Source: a virus
Taxonomy: Duplodnaviria; Caudoviricetes
Strand: one strand, 5' to 3'
Length of the DNA stretch: 64,000 bases
IMG/VR virus record: IMGVR_UViG_2928716645_000002
Location: 1-64,000 of that record
Shown: piece after piece, positions 1 to 8,725 of the stretch
Numbering within the stretch: the first letter of the stretch is position 1
Layout: every line of letters begins with the position of its first letter
Notes under the pieces: generated by a model
Seen by the model: only the letters and a program-made list of their open reading frames with translations
Databases searched by the model: none
What the model was told of the DNA's origin: nothing
Position numbers and translations under genes: made by a program

Positions 1-303
1 GTGAGGCGGCCAGCGCAGACCCTCAGGCCGCGGGAGGCCACCGTCCTGACCCTCCTGCTCGCCGCCGACCGCGAGATGACGGCGCTCGAGATCGGCCGGG
101 ACTCCGGCTTCTACCAGAATGGCACCCCGCAGACCTGGGCCGAGCTCGGCTCGTCCTTGATCCGGCCGCTGCTGATCGCCGGCGCCGCGGCGAAGTGCGG
201 CCGCAAACCTCTTCGCTTCGAAATCACGGAACGCGGTCGGATCGCGCTCGCGCTCTTCAAGGCCATCGCCAACAGAAAGGTTCGACATGGCACTCACGGT
301 TGA
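1..303 (+). CDS. hypothetical, possible winged-helix protein (may be 5'-truncated)
   Basis: ORF track; overlaps next ORF; EITERGR resembles a wHTH C-terminus. Confidence 0.5.
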   Translation: MRRPAQTLRPREATVLTLLLAADREMTALEIGRDSGFYQNGTPQTWAELGSSLIRPLLIAGAAAKCGRKPLRFEITERGRIALALFKAIANRKVRHGTHG

Positions 304-676
304 GGAGAAGATGAACGGGGCCGAGGCCCGAGCTCGGCAGCTGACGGCGGAGAAGCATTTCTTCGACCAGGCGCAGCCGTTCTTCCCCCTCGGTTTCTCG
401 ATCGGTTATCGCAACCCGGGGCATTGGGACGTCTACGCGAAGCAGTGCCCCGGCTACGCGTCGGCTTGGCAAGCCGCGCATCCCGAAGGGTCTACCAGCG
501 CCACCGACGGCGATCGCGAGCGGGCCTTCCGCATCCGCGGGGTGCCCGGCGACGTCGTGGTCTACGACGAGCGCTGGAACCCCCACCGTCCGAAACCGAG
601 CGAGATCCGATTCCGCAGCATCACCGCGGCGATGATCTGGATCTGCGAAGAACTCATGCAGGAGCCGAGCACATGA
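287..676 (+). CDS. hypothetical phage protein
   Basis: AAGG SD; ATGA coupling to next ORF. Confidence 0.6.
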   Translation: MALTVEEKMNGAEARARQLTAEKHFFDQAQPFFPLGFSIGYRNPGHWDVYAKQCPGYASAWQAAHPEGSTSATDGDRERAFRIRGVPGDVVVYDERWNPHRPKPSEIRFRSITAAMIWICEELMQEPST

Positions 677-897
677 ACACCCCGCTCCTCTGGGTCGGCA
701 TCACGCTCCTGATCGTCGCGGCATTCTGCCTCGCCAAAACGTGGTTTCAGCCCGCCGGCATCTTCGCGACCATCGGAGCAACGCTCCTCGTGATCGTGAT
801 CCTCTCGGTCGCCCTGCCGGCGCTTGGCGGGGCCGTTGGGTATGCATTCACCACCATCTTCGACATGAAAGGGGACCGGGACGATGGCCAGCGCTGA
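673..897 (+). CDS. small membrane protein
   Basis: MNTPLLWVGITLLIV..., hydrophobic segments; coupled start. Confidence 0.55.
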   Translation: MNTPLLWVGITLLIVAAFCLAKTWFQPAGIFATIGATLLVIVILSVALPALGGAVGYAFTTIFDMKGDRDDGQR

Positions 898-1546
898 AGC
901 GAATATCCGCGACCTTTCGAGAGACGCGCTGATCGACATCATCATGCGCGAGACCACGGACCAGATCGTGGCCGATGGATGGGAAAAGCTCGGCAGGCCG
1001 AATGTGTTGGTGCAGGGATGCATGTTCATCCGCCGCGGCGTACGAACCGATCCGACCGATGGCTATGTAGACCCTGACGCAGCGGCCAAGAAGTTTGCCG
1101 GCTTTATCGCGGATGCAATCCTGTCTGCAGCGGCCATCCAGCCGGAAAAGAGCGGCGCCTTTGAGTTCCCCTATACTCGGACATTCCAAGCAATCGCCGC
1201 CGCGACATCACTGTACGCAGGCGGTATCGGCATCAACGTATCGGTGCAGAAGTTTCAGGACGCATTTAACAACTACCCAGGGGGAACAGCCCTACGACCA
1301 GGTCGTCCCGACGAGGGACAGACGCCCGCCGCGCGCTGGCGAGCCGCCGGCGAGCCGGATCCGCACGGCGTTCGCTATGACTGCGAACGCGCGCAGCTGG
1401 CCGGCGGCGACCTCACCGACGACGAGGTGGCGAATGCCGTATTCCTCGACCCCAGCATCAACAACCTGACGATCGCGAAGGACCGTATCCGCTGGCTGTC
1501 TCGCAAGCTCGAGTCCGGCGCCATCGATTCCGGCGCGGCACGATGA
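884..1546 (+). CDS. hypothetical phage protein
   Basis: 220 aa ORF overlapping both neighbours. Confidence 0.6.
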   Translation: MASAEANIRDLSRDALIDIIMRETTDQIVADGWEKLGRPNVLVQGCMFIRRGVRTDPTDGYVDPDAAAKKFAGFIADAILSAAAIQPEKSGAFEFPYTRTFQAIAAATSLYAGGIGINVSVQKFQDAFNNYPGGTALRPGRPDEGQTPAARWRAAGEPDPHGVRYDCERAQLAGGDLTDDEVANAVFLDPSINNLTIAKDRIRWLSRKLESGAIDSGAAR

Positions 1547-1815
1547 GGAAACCTGAAATGAAGAAGCTATTCGCTATCGGCGCATGCGCGCTGCTGCTTT
1601 CCGGGTGCAATCCGTCGGCGGAGCAAAGAGCACGGGTCAACTCGCAACTTCCACCTGGATGCACGATCAGAGAGTTGGGCACATTCGGGAGCATCGAAAA
1701 CCTCGTCGCCGTCATCTGCGATGGACGCTCAACAAAAGCGTTGAACTTCACGGAGACCCACAGCACCGGCAAGGTCACGGTGACAAAACAGATGGCGGTT
1801 CTTCAGGTCGATTGA
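1543..1815 (+). CDS. putative lipoprotein
   Basis: signal peptide with lipobox LLLSGC. Confidence 0.6.
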   Translation: MRKPEMKKLFAIGACALLLSGCNPSAEQRARVNSQLPPGCTIRELGTFGSIENLVAVICDGRSTKALNFTETHSTGKVTVTKQMAVLQVD

Positions 1816-2024
1816 CCCGCTTCGGCCCCCTGGACGCTCGGGGCTCGGACTTCCGGTACAGGCGCTCCCGACAAGCTGGCCGGTCGTAGATTCTCGGGGG
1901 CGTGCCGTTCACCGGACAGGGTGTAGGCGGAACGGAGGGCACACGAAACGGGGGAGTAGTCACCGGCGGGCGACACCGGCACCGCGGGAGGCGAAACCCC
2001 GGCCCACACGGAAAGGACGAGACG

Positions 2025-2300
2025 ATGACGTCGATCGACGAAGAACAAGCGGTGCGCGAGCTCGGCGAACGGATCGGCTTCGGCCGCATGATGCAGCTTG
2101 GCGAACGGCTTTGGCGTGAGAACCTCGGGCGGCACGAGGTCGGTGACCTTCGTGGAGGCGAGTTTTCCGTCGGGCCGGCCGTGGCGTCCTTAGTGCCCTG
2201 CCCGCATCCCGACCAGGTTGACGACGGACACTGCGTATGGTGCTGCGGCTCCGGTCGCGTGACCAAGCGCGTACTCGCCTCGATGCAGGTGAAACGATGA
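2025..2300 (+). CDS. hypothetical protein with CxxC-like motif
   Basis: AAGGA SD; MTSIDEEQ...; coupled to next ORF. Confidence 0.55.
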   Translation: MTSIDEEQAVRELGERIGFGRMMQLGERLWRENLGRHEVGDLRGGEFSVGPAVASLVPCPHPDQVDDGHCVWCCGSGRVTKRVLASMQVKR

Positions 2301-2545
2301 ACTTCGCACCAGTCAGCACACTCGCCGATCTCGAGACGCTCGACGATGAGCAGATCAGCGAGGGCTATCGCTCGGCCGAGCGCGGAGATCCCGAGCCCGG
2401 CCCGAACCGCGGCCGCTCATTTTGGCACGGCTGGCGAAACCGTATGATCGATATGGGAGAGTTGCCTGGCGACGATGCGTCCAGGTCTTTGGCCCGCGAA
2501 TATCTGGCTGCTCAGCGGCAGCAGCGGGCATCGGAGGGAAAATGA
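2297..2545 (+). CDS. hypothetical phage protein
   Basis: ATGA overlaps on both sides. Confidence 0.55.
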   Translation: MNFAPVSTLADLETLDDEQISEGYRSAERGDPEPGPNRGRSFWHGWRNRMIDMGELPGDDASRSLAREYLAAQRQQRASEGK

Positions 2546-3075
2546 ACTTGATTGAAAGTGCCCGCGAATTCGCGCGGGAGAAGCACGCACCGCAAAAACG
2601 GAACTACACCGACGAGCCGTATTTCGTGCACCTCGAGGAGGTCGCCGGCATCGTCGAACGCGCCGGTCTCACGGAGGCCGCGATCGCCGCTGCATGGCTG
2701 CACGACACCGTCGAGGACACCGACGCCACCCTGCCCGAGATCTGCGCGAAGTTCGGCTCGGCCGTAGCGCTGATGGTGCTCGACCTCACCGACACGCCGC
2801 CAGGACCAGGCTTGAACCGTGCTAGCCGACGGGAAATCGATCGTCGGCGCCTCGCCGCGGCAGGTCCAGAAACCCAAGGGATCAAGTGCGCGGATTTGAT
2901 CAGCAACACGTCGACGATCGTGATGCACAATCGAGGTTTCGCGACCAAGTATCTGCCGGAGAAGCGCGCCACGCTCGAGATCCTGACGAAGGCGCCGGCG
3001 CCACTGCTCGATCAAGCCTGGGCGTCGCTGCGCGCGGCCGAGGTCGAACTGGCCGCTCGGCAGCAGGAGGTCTGA
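2542..3075 (+). CDS. HD-domain protein, RelA/SpoT hydrolase (SAH/Mesh1)-like
   Basis: H..QKR...EPY..H, AAWLHDTVEDT and IKCADLISN motifs; GGAGG SD. Confidence 0.85.
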   Translation: MNLIESAREFAREKHAPQKRNYTDEPYFVHLEEVAGIVERAGLTEAAIAAAWLHDTVEDTDATLPEICAKFGSAVALMVLDLTDTPPGPGLNRASRREIDRRRLAAAGPETQGIKCADLISNTSTIVMHNRGFATKYLPEKRATLEILTKAPAPLLDQAWASLRAAEVELAARQQEV

Positions 3076-3077
3076 CC

Positions 3078-3305
3078 ATGCCGCAGATTTTCCCGGGGAT
3101 CGACGATAGCGCTGTCCGGCGCGGCTCAGCTCTCGTTTGCTGCGAGGAAGAGGAACCAATCCTGTGGCCCCGATGCGAGATCACGGGGTGCGAGAACGGC
3201 ATCTGCATCGGCATGAGCAAGAGCCTTTGCTATCCCCACGGCATCGAGTTCGGCTCCTTCACCAAGGAACAATTTGAAGCCTACCGGGCTTCTCGAAAAT
3301 CGTGA
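3078..3305 (+). CDS. small Cys-rich protein
   Basis: AGGAGG SD; C-x4-C...C-x2-H pattern. Confidence 0.55.
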   Translation: MPQIFPGIDDSAVRRGSALVCCEEEEPILWPRCEITGCENGICIGMSKSLCYPHGIEFGSFTKEQFEAYRASRKS

Positions 3306-3312
3306 GCAGACT

Positions 3313-3603
3313 ATGTCGAACCCGCAGCAGCTAATCACCATGGATGAGCTCGAGGCCGGCAACATCGAACAGATGTGGCTGGAGGCAGTCGTCACGAAAC
3401 TGGACCTCAAGGGGAAGCCCGGCTCGGAGATCACCCAGGAGCGCGTGAAGGACACCAACGTCACCACGCTCTGGCACAAGAACCAGCCGGTCGCGATCTC
3501 GGTCCGGCAGCGCAACGACTGGAATTGGACCGCACTGACGATGGTCGAGATCCCGCCGATGAAGACGGAATTGGCAGGAGCGGCCGGAATCGAACCGACA
3601 TAA
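3313..3603 (+). CDS. hypothetical protein
   Basis: ORF whose 3' end runs antisense into tRNA-Trp. Confidence 0.5.
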   Translation: MSNPQQLITMDELEAGNIEQMWLEAVVTKLDLKGKPGSEITQERVKDTNVTTLWHKNQPVAISVRQRNDWNWTALTMVEIPPMKTELAGAAGIEPT

Positions 3604-3645
3604 CCGGTGTTGGAAGCCGGTGTCTTACCACTAGACGACACTCCC
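3572..3645 (-). tRNA. tRNA-Trp(CCA)
   Basis: CCGGC TT-CCA-AC ACCGG; GGTTCGATTCC; CCA end. Confidence 0.85.
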
Positions 3646-3657
3646 ATGGAGACAAGC

Positions 3658-3918
3658 ATGACAAACACGAAAGAGAGATTGGAGCAGAAGATCGGAGCGA
3701 GACGTCGCCAAGCTGGCATCACCATGGAGTCACCCAATAGCTGGCAACGCTTCGCCGTCACCGCCGTCGAGGCCGCCGTGGAGGAAATCGACGCCCTTCG
3801 CGCCTCTCTCGAAGATATCCAACGCACGGCGACAGTCGGAACGCTCGGGCCCCTCGGATACGAGGACACGTTGAGGAAGATTCGCGATCTCGTCGCGCAA
3901 GCGCTGGCCGTAGCTTGA
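3658..3918 (+). CDS. hypothetical protein
   Basis: fills the spacer between two tRNAs; GGAG SD. Confidence 0.5.
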   Translation: MTNTKERLEQKIGARRRQAGITMESPNSWQRFAVTAVEAAVEEIDALRASLEDIQRTATVGTLGPLGYEDTLRKIRDLVAQALAVA

Positions 3919-3993
3919 TGGTCCTGACTGGGTGAATCGAACACCGCGTCTCCCGGTCCACGGCCGAGCGTCCTACCATTGAACGAAGTCAGG
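3919..3993 (-). tRNA. tRNA-His(GTG), C33, A73
   Basis: CTCGG CC-GTG-GA CCGGG; acceptor CCTGACT/AGTCAGG-ACCA. Confidence 0.7.
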
Positions 3994-3998
3994 ATATG

Positions 3999-4071
3999 TG
4001 GTCGCAGGTAGCGGCTTCGAACCGCCCTATCCCGACTTATGAGATCGAGACCCTACCCGAGAGGCCCTGCG
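3999..4071 (-). tRNA. tRNA-Met/Ile(CAT) with short D-loop
   Basis: TCGAT CT-CAT-AA GTCGG; T-arm; ACCA. Confidence 0.65.
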
Positions 4072-4281
4072 ATGACTGAACTGACGGCCGCTGAGATGCG
4101 CGATCGATGCGCCAAATGGCACGACGACATGGAAGTGCGCTTTCGCCAAAAAGTGCAGGAGGTGTTGGCAATCCCAGGCCATGAGGAATCGTGCCCGGGG
4201 TTGCTTGAAGCGAATGATCAGATGGCCGATTTGCACAAGAGCTACGCGGTCGCGATGCGCGCGCTGTCGACGACACGGTGA
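4072..4281 (+). CDS. hypothetical protein
   Basis: fills inter-tRNA spacer. Confidence 0.45.
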   Translation: MTELTAAEMRDRCAKWHDDMEVRFRQKVQEVLAIPGHEESCPGLLEANDQMADLHKSYAVAMRALSTTR

Positions 4282-4358
4282 TGGGAGCCGCGACAGGCCT
4301 CGAACCTGCAGCCTACGGTTTTGGAAGCAGGCGCTCGTCCGCCTGAGCTTCACTCCCG
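4282..4358 (-). pseudogene. degenerate tRNA (CCA anticodon-like)
   Basis: D-arm and T-arm intact; acceptor and anticodon stems mispaired. Confidence 0.6.
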
Positions 4359-4365
4359 AGATCGA

Positions 4366-4442
4366 TGGCAGCGCCAGTCGGAATCCAACCGATCACCTCC
4401 GGGTCCACAACCCAGCGCTCTACCCCTTGAATTATGGCAGCT
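4366..4442 (-). tRNA. tRNA-His(GTG)-like, possibly degenerate
   Basis: CTGGG TT-GTG-GA CCCGG; T-loop TTGGATT; bulged acceptor. Confidence 0.55.
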
Positions 4443-4521
4443 CATCAGGAAGAAGGGCTAGACATCAAAGCTTTTGGTTGTACGTTCTGCGATTTTAAAC
4501 CGGGCTAGTCGGGGATTTACG

Positions 4522-4983
4522 ATGGATCAGTTTCTACGAGTATTTGGTGAAGTCTTGCAATCGAAGCCGGAATTCGTTCTTGCGGCGATAGCGACGCTCA
4601 CGATCCCTGTCGCGTTGCTTGCGGCCGCATTGAACTCTCGCCGGAGGTCAAGCACGGAACGAAAACAACTCGTCGACGAACTGTTGGCCAATCCCGCGGT
4701 GCAGGACAGGCTGCGAGATCCACAACTCAACATATCGGAATTCGTTGCTCAGATGCTGAGGAGCGCCGAAGAAGGCGAGGCATCTCCACGGCACGGTTGG
4801 GGAAGCATGTTGGCCAAGGTAAACCAAGACATCACCTGGGATGTTTCTGGTATCATCGGGCTAATCGTGACGATTGTGCTTATGATCATGGTGGTTTCGC
4901 GAAGCTATGCGGATATGCCGAAAGAGATCATAGCCGGCTGGACGACAATCTTGGGCTTCTACTTCGGCAAGGCAACGAAGTAG
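4522..4983 (+). CDS. membrane protein (about 3 TM)
   Basis: hydrophobic segments; C-terminal ILGFYFG. Confidence 0.65.
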   Translation: MDQFLRVFGEVLQSKPEFVLAAIATLTIPVALLAAALNSRRRSSTERKQLVDELLANPAVQDRLRDPQLNISEFVAQMLRSAEEGEASPRHGWGSMLAKVNQDITWDVSGIIGLIVTIVLMIMVVSRSYADMPKEIIAGWTTILGFYFGKATK

Positions 4984-5034
4984 TGCAGCCGCCCTTATGA
5001 GAAGCAGCCCCTACCCTACCGAGGGCCGGCGGCG
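4984..5034 (-). pseudogene. 5' fragment of a tRNA-Met(CAT)-like gene
   Basis: GCTGCTT CT-CAT-AA GGGCGGC anticodon arm; no T-arm or CCA. Confidence 0.5.
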
Positions 5035-5041
5035 TTGATGA

Positions 5042-5118
5042 TGGCAGGCGCGACAGGACTCGAACCTGTGGATGTCGGAATCAAAATCCGATGCCTTGAC
5101 CAACTTGGCTACGCGCCC
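5042..5118 (-). tRNA. tRNA-Gln(TTG)
   Basis: TCGGA TT-TTG-AT TCCGA. Confidence 0.9.
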
Positions 5119-5123
5119 GTGAA

Positions 5124-5198
5124 TGGCGCTCCCTACGGGAGTCGAACCCGTTTCCTCACCTTGAAAGGGTGATATCCTGACCGGTAGACGAAGGGAGC
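5124..5198 (-). tRNA. tRNA-Glu(TTC)
   Basis: TCACC CT-TTC-AA GGTGA. Confidence 0.9.
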
Positions 5199-5202
5199 AA
5201 TA

Positions 5203-5589
5203 ATGTTTGGAAGCGAAATCGAGACCGTTACCGGCGAGATGCTGATCGAAGCCAATGAGGCGACGGTTGAACAGCGCGGGAAGATGAACGCAATCGAGGC
5301 GGTCGTGGCGAGCTTGCACAGCAGGTACCCATCGAACCAGATTGTCGCTGCCACCTTTCGGCTCCAAGCGCTCGCCTCTTTGATGAGCAAAGACGACCTG
5401 AAGGGGTTGCAGCTTCGGTTGCATGGAAAAGACCACGCGCTTATCAACGAGGCGGCCTTCCATGCCGCTGCCAAGTGTAGGCTCGTGATGCCGCCTGAGG
5501 ACGCGACCTCTCGAGACGCGCTCGCGTTCGACAAGGACGAGTTTATTCGACTGGCGATGCAGTATGCTGAGCCGGATGGCTCCGCCTGA
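5203..5589 (+). CDS. hypothetical protein
   Basis: 128 aa ORF filling the spacer. Confidence 0.55.
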   Translation: MFGSEIETVTGEMLIEANEATVEQRGKMNAIEAVVASLHSRYPSNQIVAATFRLQALASLMSKDDLKGLQLRLHGKDHALINEAAFHAAAKCRLVMPPEDATSRDALAFDKDEFIRLAMQYAEPDGSA

Positions 5590-5590
5590 A

Positions 5591-5664
5591 TGGCGCGGGC
5601 TGCCGGACTCGAACCGACTTAGCCTGGGTGGAAACCAGGTGATCATCCCATGACCCAAGCCCGC
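5591..5664 (-). tRNA. tRNA-Gly(TCC)
   Basis: CCTGG TT-TCC-AC CCAGG. Confidence 0.8.
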
Positions 5665-5678
5665 GTAAGGAGTACGAA

Positions 5679-5894
5679 ATGGACGAGACCGCCCAACTCA
5701 TGTCGCTGTTAGAAGCGCAGGCGAAGTCGCTCCGAGACGGCCACCTGACGATCCTGCGCTTCACCGCAAACTGGCGCGTCGGCTTCGGAACGCCGAGCGA
5801 GCGCGATGATATCGCCAAGGCAGCCGACGGGCCAACATTTGCGGCCGCCGCGCGCAAGGCCCTCGCTAATCCAACAGAGCACTGCCTCTATTAG
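5679..5894 (+). CDS. hypothetical protein
   Basis: AAGGAG SD; fills spacer. Confidence 0.6.
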   Translation: MDETAQLMSLLEAQAKSLRDGHLTILRFTANWRVGFGTPSERDDIAKAADGPTFAAAARKALANPTEHCLY

Positions 5895-5895
5895 G

Positions 5896-5982
5896 TGGCG
5901 GAGAGGACAGGGATCGAACCTGCGCGTCCCGAAGGACTCGGCGCCTTAGCAAAGCGCTGCCTTACCGCTCGGCCACCTCTCC
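5896..5982 (-). tRNA. tRNA-Ser(GCT)
   Basis: GCGCT TT-GCT-AA GGCGC; long V-arm; G73. Confidence 0.9.
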
Positions 5983-6139
5983 AAAATTGTCCCGGGAATC
6001 CCCGGATTGACCGCCCGCCCTGCCCCGCGCTAATTGCGCGCGCGCCCCGAGGGGGGGTCTCGAGGGGGGGGTCTGTCGCGATCGCTCAGGACGCAACCCG
6101 CCCGCTCTTGGCCGCACCAAGGGCGGGCATTTTCGTGGA

Positions 6140-6216
6140 TGGCGATCGCCGCCGGACTCGAACCGGCAACCTCCGCGGTAGGAATGCGGTGCTCTGTCCA
6201 GTTGAGCCAGGCGACC
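6140..6216 (-). tRNA. tRNA-Arg(CCT)
   Basis: CCGCA TT-CCT-AC CGCGG. Confidence 0.85.
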
Positions 6217-6244
6217 ACTGATTTGTCAAAACGCGGAGTTCGAC

Positions 6245-6793
6245 TTGGTGGAAATCAGCTACAACATCAGCGTGCGTGAGCTCCGCGCCTATTGGGAGAA
6301 GGTGCACAATCTCGCCGACGGCGAAAGGATCGGAGTGTATCCGCGGGAATGCATGCCTTCCTGGACGGGGCTATGCGATGAACTGCCTTGGGAAACGTAC
6401 ACACTCGATGGCGGATACTTCTCGGCCAAGCATCACGGATTTCGAGGCGTCTACCGACTGTTTGCCTTGGAGAACGCGGGAGATTTGAAATCGGCGCCGA
6501 CATTCCGCCGGCTTGGCGGGGACGACCCGACGGGTACACTCTACATCGGCGAGGCCGGCGATCTAGCGAAGCGCCTTAACCAGGCGCGTAGATCGGCGCG
6601 GAGCCATCGTCGTGAGGACTCCCACGGTGCCATTAGTGCGATGCGGCAAATTCCGAAGCTGAACTTCCCCATCGAGAAGATCGGGGTCGCTCTGATGTAT
6701 ACGGACAGGTTGACGCGCATGATCGAGCGCGACCTCCTCTATTCGTACATCAACACATTCGGCGACAGTCCACCGTTGAATTACAAGATTTGA
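6245..6793 (+). CDS. GIY-YIG superfamily nuclease-like protein
   Basis: GVYRLF...LYIGEAGDLAKRL...IERDLL...PPLN. Confidence 0.65.
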   Translation: MVEISYNISVRELRAYWEKVHNLADGERIGVYPRECMPSWTGLCDELPWETYTLDGGYFSAKHHGFRGVYRLFALENAGDLKSAPTFRRLGGDDPTGTLYIGEAGDLAKRLNQARRSARSHRREDSHGAISAMRQIPKLNFPIEKIGVALMYTDRLTRMIERDLLYSYINTFGDSPPLNYKI

Positions 6794-6824
6794 GCCACGA
6801 TCAACTTGGACCGACTGCGAAAAA

Positions 6825-6900
6825 TGGCGCGCTCGGCAGGACTCGAACCCGCATGCGGCGGAGTAGAAATCCGCTGGCCGTCCAGTTGGCCCACGAGCGC
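6825..6900 (-). tRNA. tRNA-Arg(TCT)
   Basis: GCGGA TT-TCT-AC TCCGC. Confidence 0.85.
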
Positions 6901-6948
6901 TTGCAAAAGATCTGAAAAATAATCCTCGGTTTTGGCGTTTTTGTTCCA

Positions 6949-7023
6949 TGGAGGTGCGGGCCGGAATCGAACCGGCTCGTGGCGGTTTTGCAGACCGCAG
7001 CGTTCCCATTTCGCCACCGCACC
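6949..7023 (-). tRNA. tRNA-Cys(GCA)
   Basis: GCGGT CT-GCA-AA ACCGC; U73. Confidence 0.9.
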
Positions 7024-7024
7024 A

Positions 7025-7100
7025 TGGCAGCCTCTCGCGGGCTCGAACCGCGGACCACTCGGCTCAGAACCGAGCGCTCTACCAACTGAGCTAAGAGGCA
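7025..7100 (-). tRNA. tRNA-Gln(CTG)
   Basis: CTCGG TT-CTG-AG CCGAG. Confidence 0.85.
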
Positions 7101-7137
7101 TCAGAAGGGCGAGGCGCGTGCGCCCCGCCCTGTTCAA

Positions 7138-8445
7138 TCAGTCCGCCTGCTCGAGCTGGTGGATGAACCGAAGCACCCCCTCCGAGAAGCCGTCGATTTG
7201 CGTCCAGCGGCCGTAACCGACGCCGTTCAGGTTGGAAGCGACGTTGATCATATAGGCGTGACGCGCGACCGGATCTGGCACGCGATCCGAGCTCTGCTCG
7301 TCGGTGATGACGATCAGCCGGTCGTGCTGGATCCGGTTAATATGGCTTACCGCCGCGCCGAGCGCCGTTCCGCCGTGCGGCTGAGACCGTACGATTGCGT
7401 CGACACCGGCCATGCCGCGCCGCGGTGGAACCTCGACGACTTGGTTGGAGAACGTGAAGAGACGCAGATCGGCGTTCACGACGGCGCCGAGCGCGGCCGC
7501 GGCATCGATCCTCTTCATGTCCGACTTGCCCGACATCGCCCAATCCATGGATCCGGAAACGTCGATCAGGACGACCGTCTTCCCGGCGAGCTTCGGCATC
7601 TCACCGATAGCCGCCAACAAGGCCTGATCGAGATGCGGCTCGAAGCGCGGAGCGGCCCGCGCCGCAGCCACGTAACGGAACGGGAAGACGCGTCCGGCAC
7701 CGCGCCGCGCCACGATCGCATCCCGCACCAACGCCTCGTCGACGCCGGCCTGCGCCATGTTACGCAGGTTGCGCAGCAAGGCCAGGTAGCCGAGCTTGTT
7801 CTCGCGGAGCAGGCGCTCGAAGGCCTCCTTCTTGTCAGCGCCGCCGGAGAGCGCGACCTCCCAGGTATCCGGCGTCATCAAGGTGCGGTCCCGGACGCGC
7901 TTGAACAACGCCGATTGCTCGTCATTCGCCGGTTTCGGACGAACCAGGCGCAGGACGTCGCGGAGCTTGATGGCACCGTCCCGGTCGTACTTGGCCAGGC
8001 GGTACTCGTCGAACTTCTGGAACGCCCGAGCCAGGCCGTTGCGCATCTGCGCCGGCACCATCTTGCGGCCTTTGCGCCACAGGATGGCGAGGAGTTCAGC
8101 CATCTCGTCCGCACGCTGAATGACTCGCTCGACGGTCTCGGCGACCAGTGGATTGCCGGCGCCGGTCTTCGACAGCACCTCAAGCAGGAGCAGCGGGACG
8201 TGACGCAGGTTGTGCACCTCCCTGGCCTCGATCGCGATCGCGGCCAGGATCTCAGGCTTCACCTCCGCCGCGGTCTCGACGATTCGATCGGAGATCGCCT
8301 TGCCGTCCTCATAGAACTCGCTCTCCCAAAGCAGGCAGGACATAACGGTCCGGCGGAGCTGCTGCTCGGCAGAGAGATGGCGCGCGGCCGGTCCGCCCTC
8401 GTGGGTGAAAACCGGCGCCGACTTGTGTGGGGTGTTGAGACGCAT
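7138..8445 (-). CDS. rsr: Ro60/TROVE-domain RNA-binding protein (TROVE + vWA)
   Basis: THEGGPA, FDEYRLAKY, LRDVLRLVRPKP, TWEVALS, ALLRNLRN; vWA MIDAS DVSGSM and VITDEQ; AAGGAGG SD. Confidence 0.92.
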   Translation of the reverse strand: MRLNTPHKSAPVFTHEGGPAARHLSAEQQLRRTVMSCLLWESEFYEDGKAISDRIVETAAEVKPEILAAIAIEAREVHNLRHVPLLLLEVLSKTGAGNPLVAETVERVIQRADEMAELLAILWRKGRKMVPAQMRNGLARAFQKFDEYRLAKYDRDGAIKLRDVLRLVRPKPANDEQSALFKRVRDRTLMTPDTWEVALSGGADKKEAFERLLRENKLGYLALLRNLRNMAQAGVDEALVRDAIVARRGAGRVFPFRYVAAARAAPRFEPHLDQALLAAIGEMPKLAGKTVVLIDVSGSMDWAMSGKSDMKRIDAAAALGAVVNADLRLFTFSNQVVEVPPRRGMAGVDAIVRSQPHGGTALGAAVSHINRIQHDRLIVITDEQSSDRVPDPVARHAYMINVASNLNGVGYGRWTQIDGFSEGVLRFIHQLEQAD

Positions 8446-8467
8446 GTCGTCCTCCTTCGATTTGGAA

Positions 8468-8577
8468 GTCGCCATGACGGGATTTGGCAAGCGGCGAGCG
8501 CGGGATATGGGCCGAAGCCCGCTCTTTCATGGCAAGAAGTATCCGCGATCTATCAGCGCAAGCCCCGTCATGGCGAC
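8468..8577 (-). ncRNA. Y RNA-like gene 1 (no tRNA-like module)
   Basis: 14-bp terminal stem GTCGCCATGACGGG/CCCGTCATGGCGAC; GCTG...CTTGC motif shared with the neighbouring RNAs. Confidence 0.65.
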
Positions 8578-8584
8578 GGTTGGA

Positions 8585-8718
8585 CGGCATTGTGAGAGCG
8601 AGCAAGTGTCGGATGCGGTTTGCCAGACCAACTGGGCGTCGACCCCGTAAAGGCGGGGTCGATTGGAATCGAACCAATGAAGGAACCGCATACCTGCAGC
8701 GTCGCACTCACGATGCCG
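8585..8718 (-). ncRNA. YrlA-like Y RNA 2
   Basis: long terminal stem enclosing T-arm ATTGGTTCGATTCCAAT, closed acceptor-like hairpin and D-like AGTTGGT. Confidence 0.8.
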
Positions 8719-8725
8719 AAAATAG

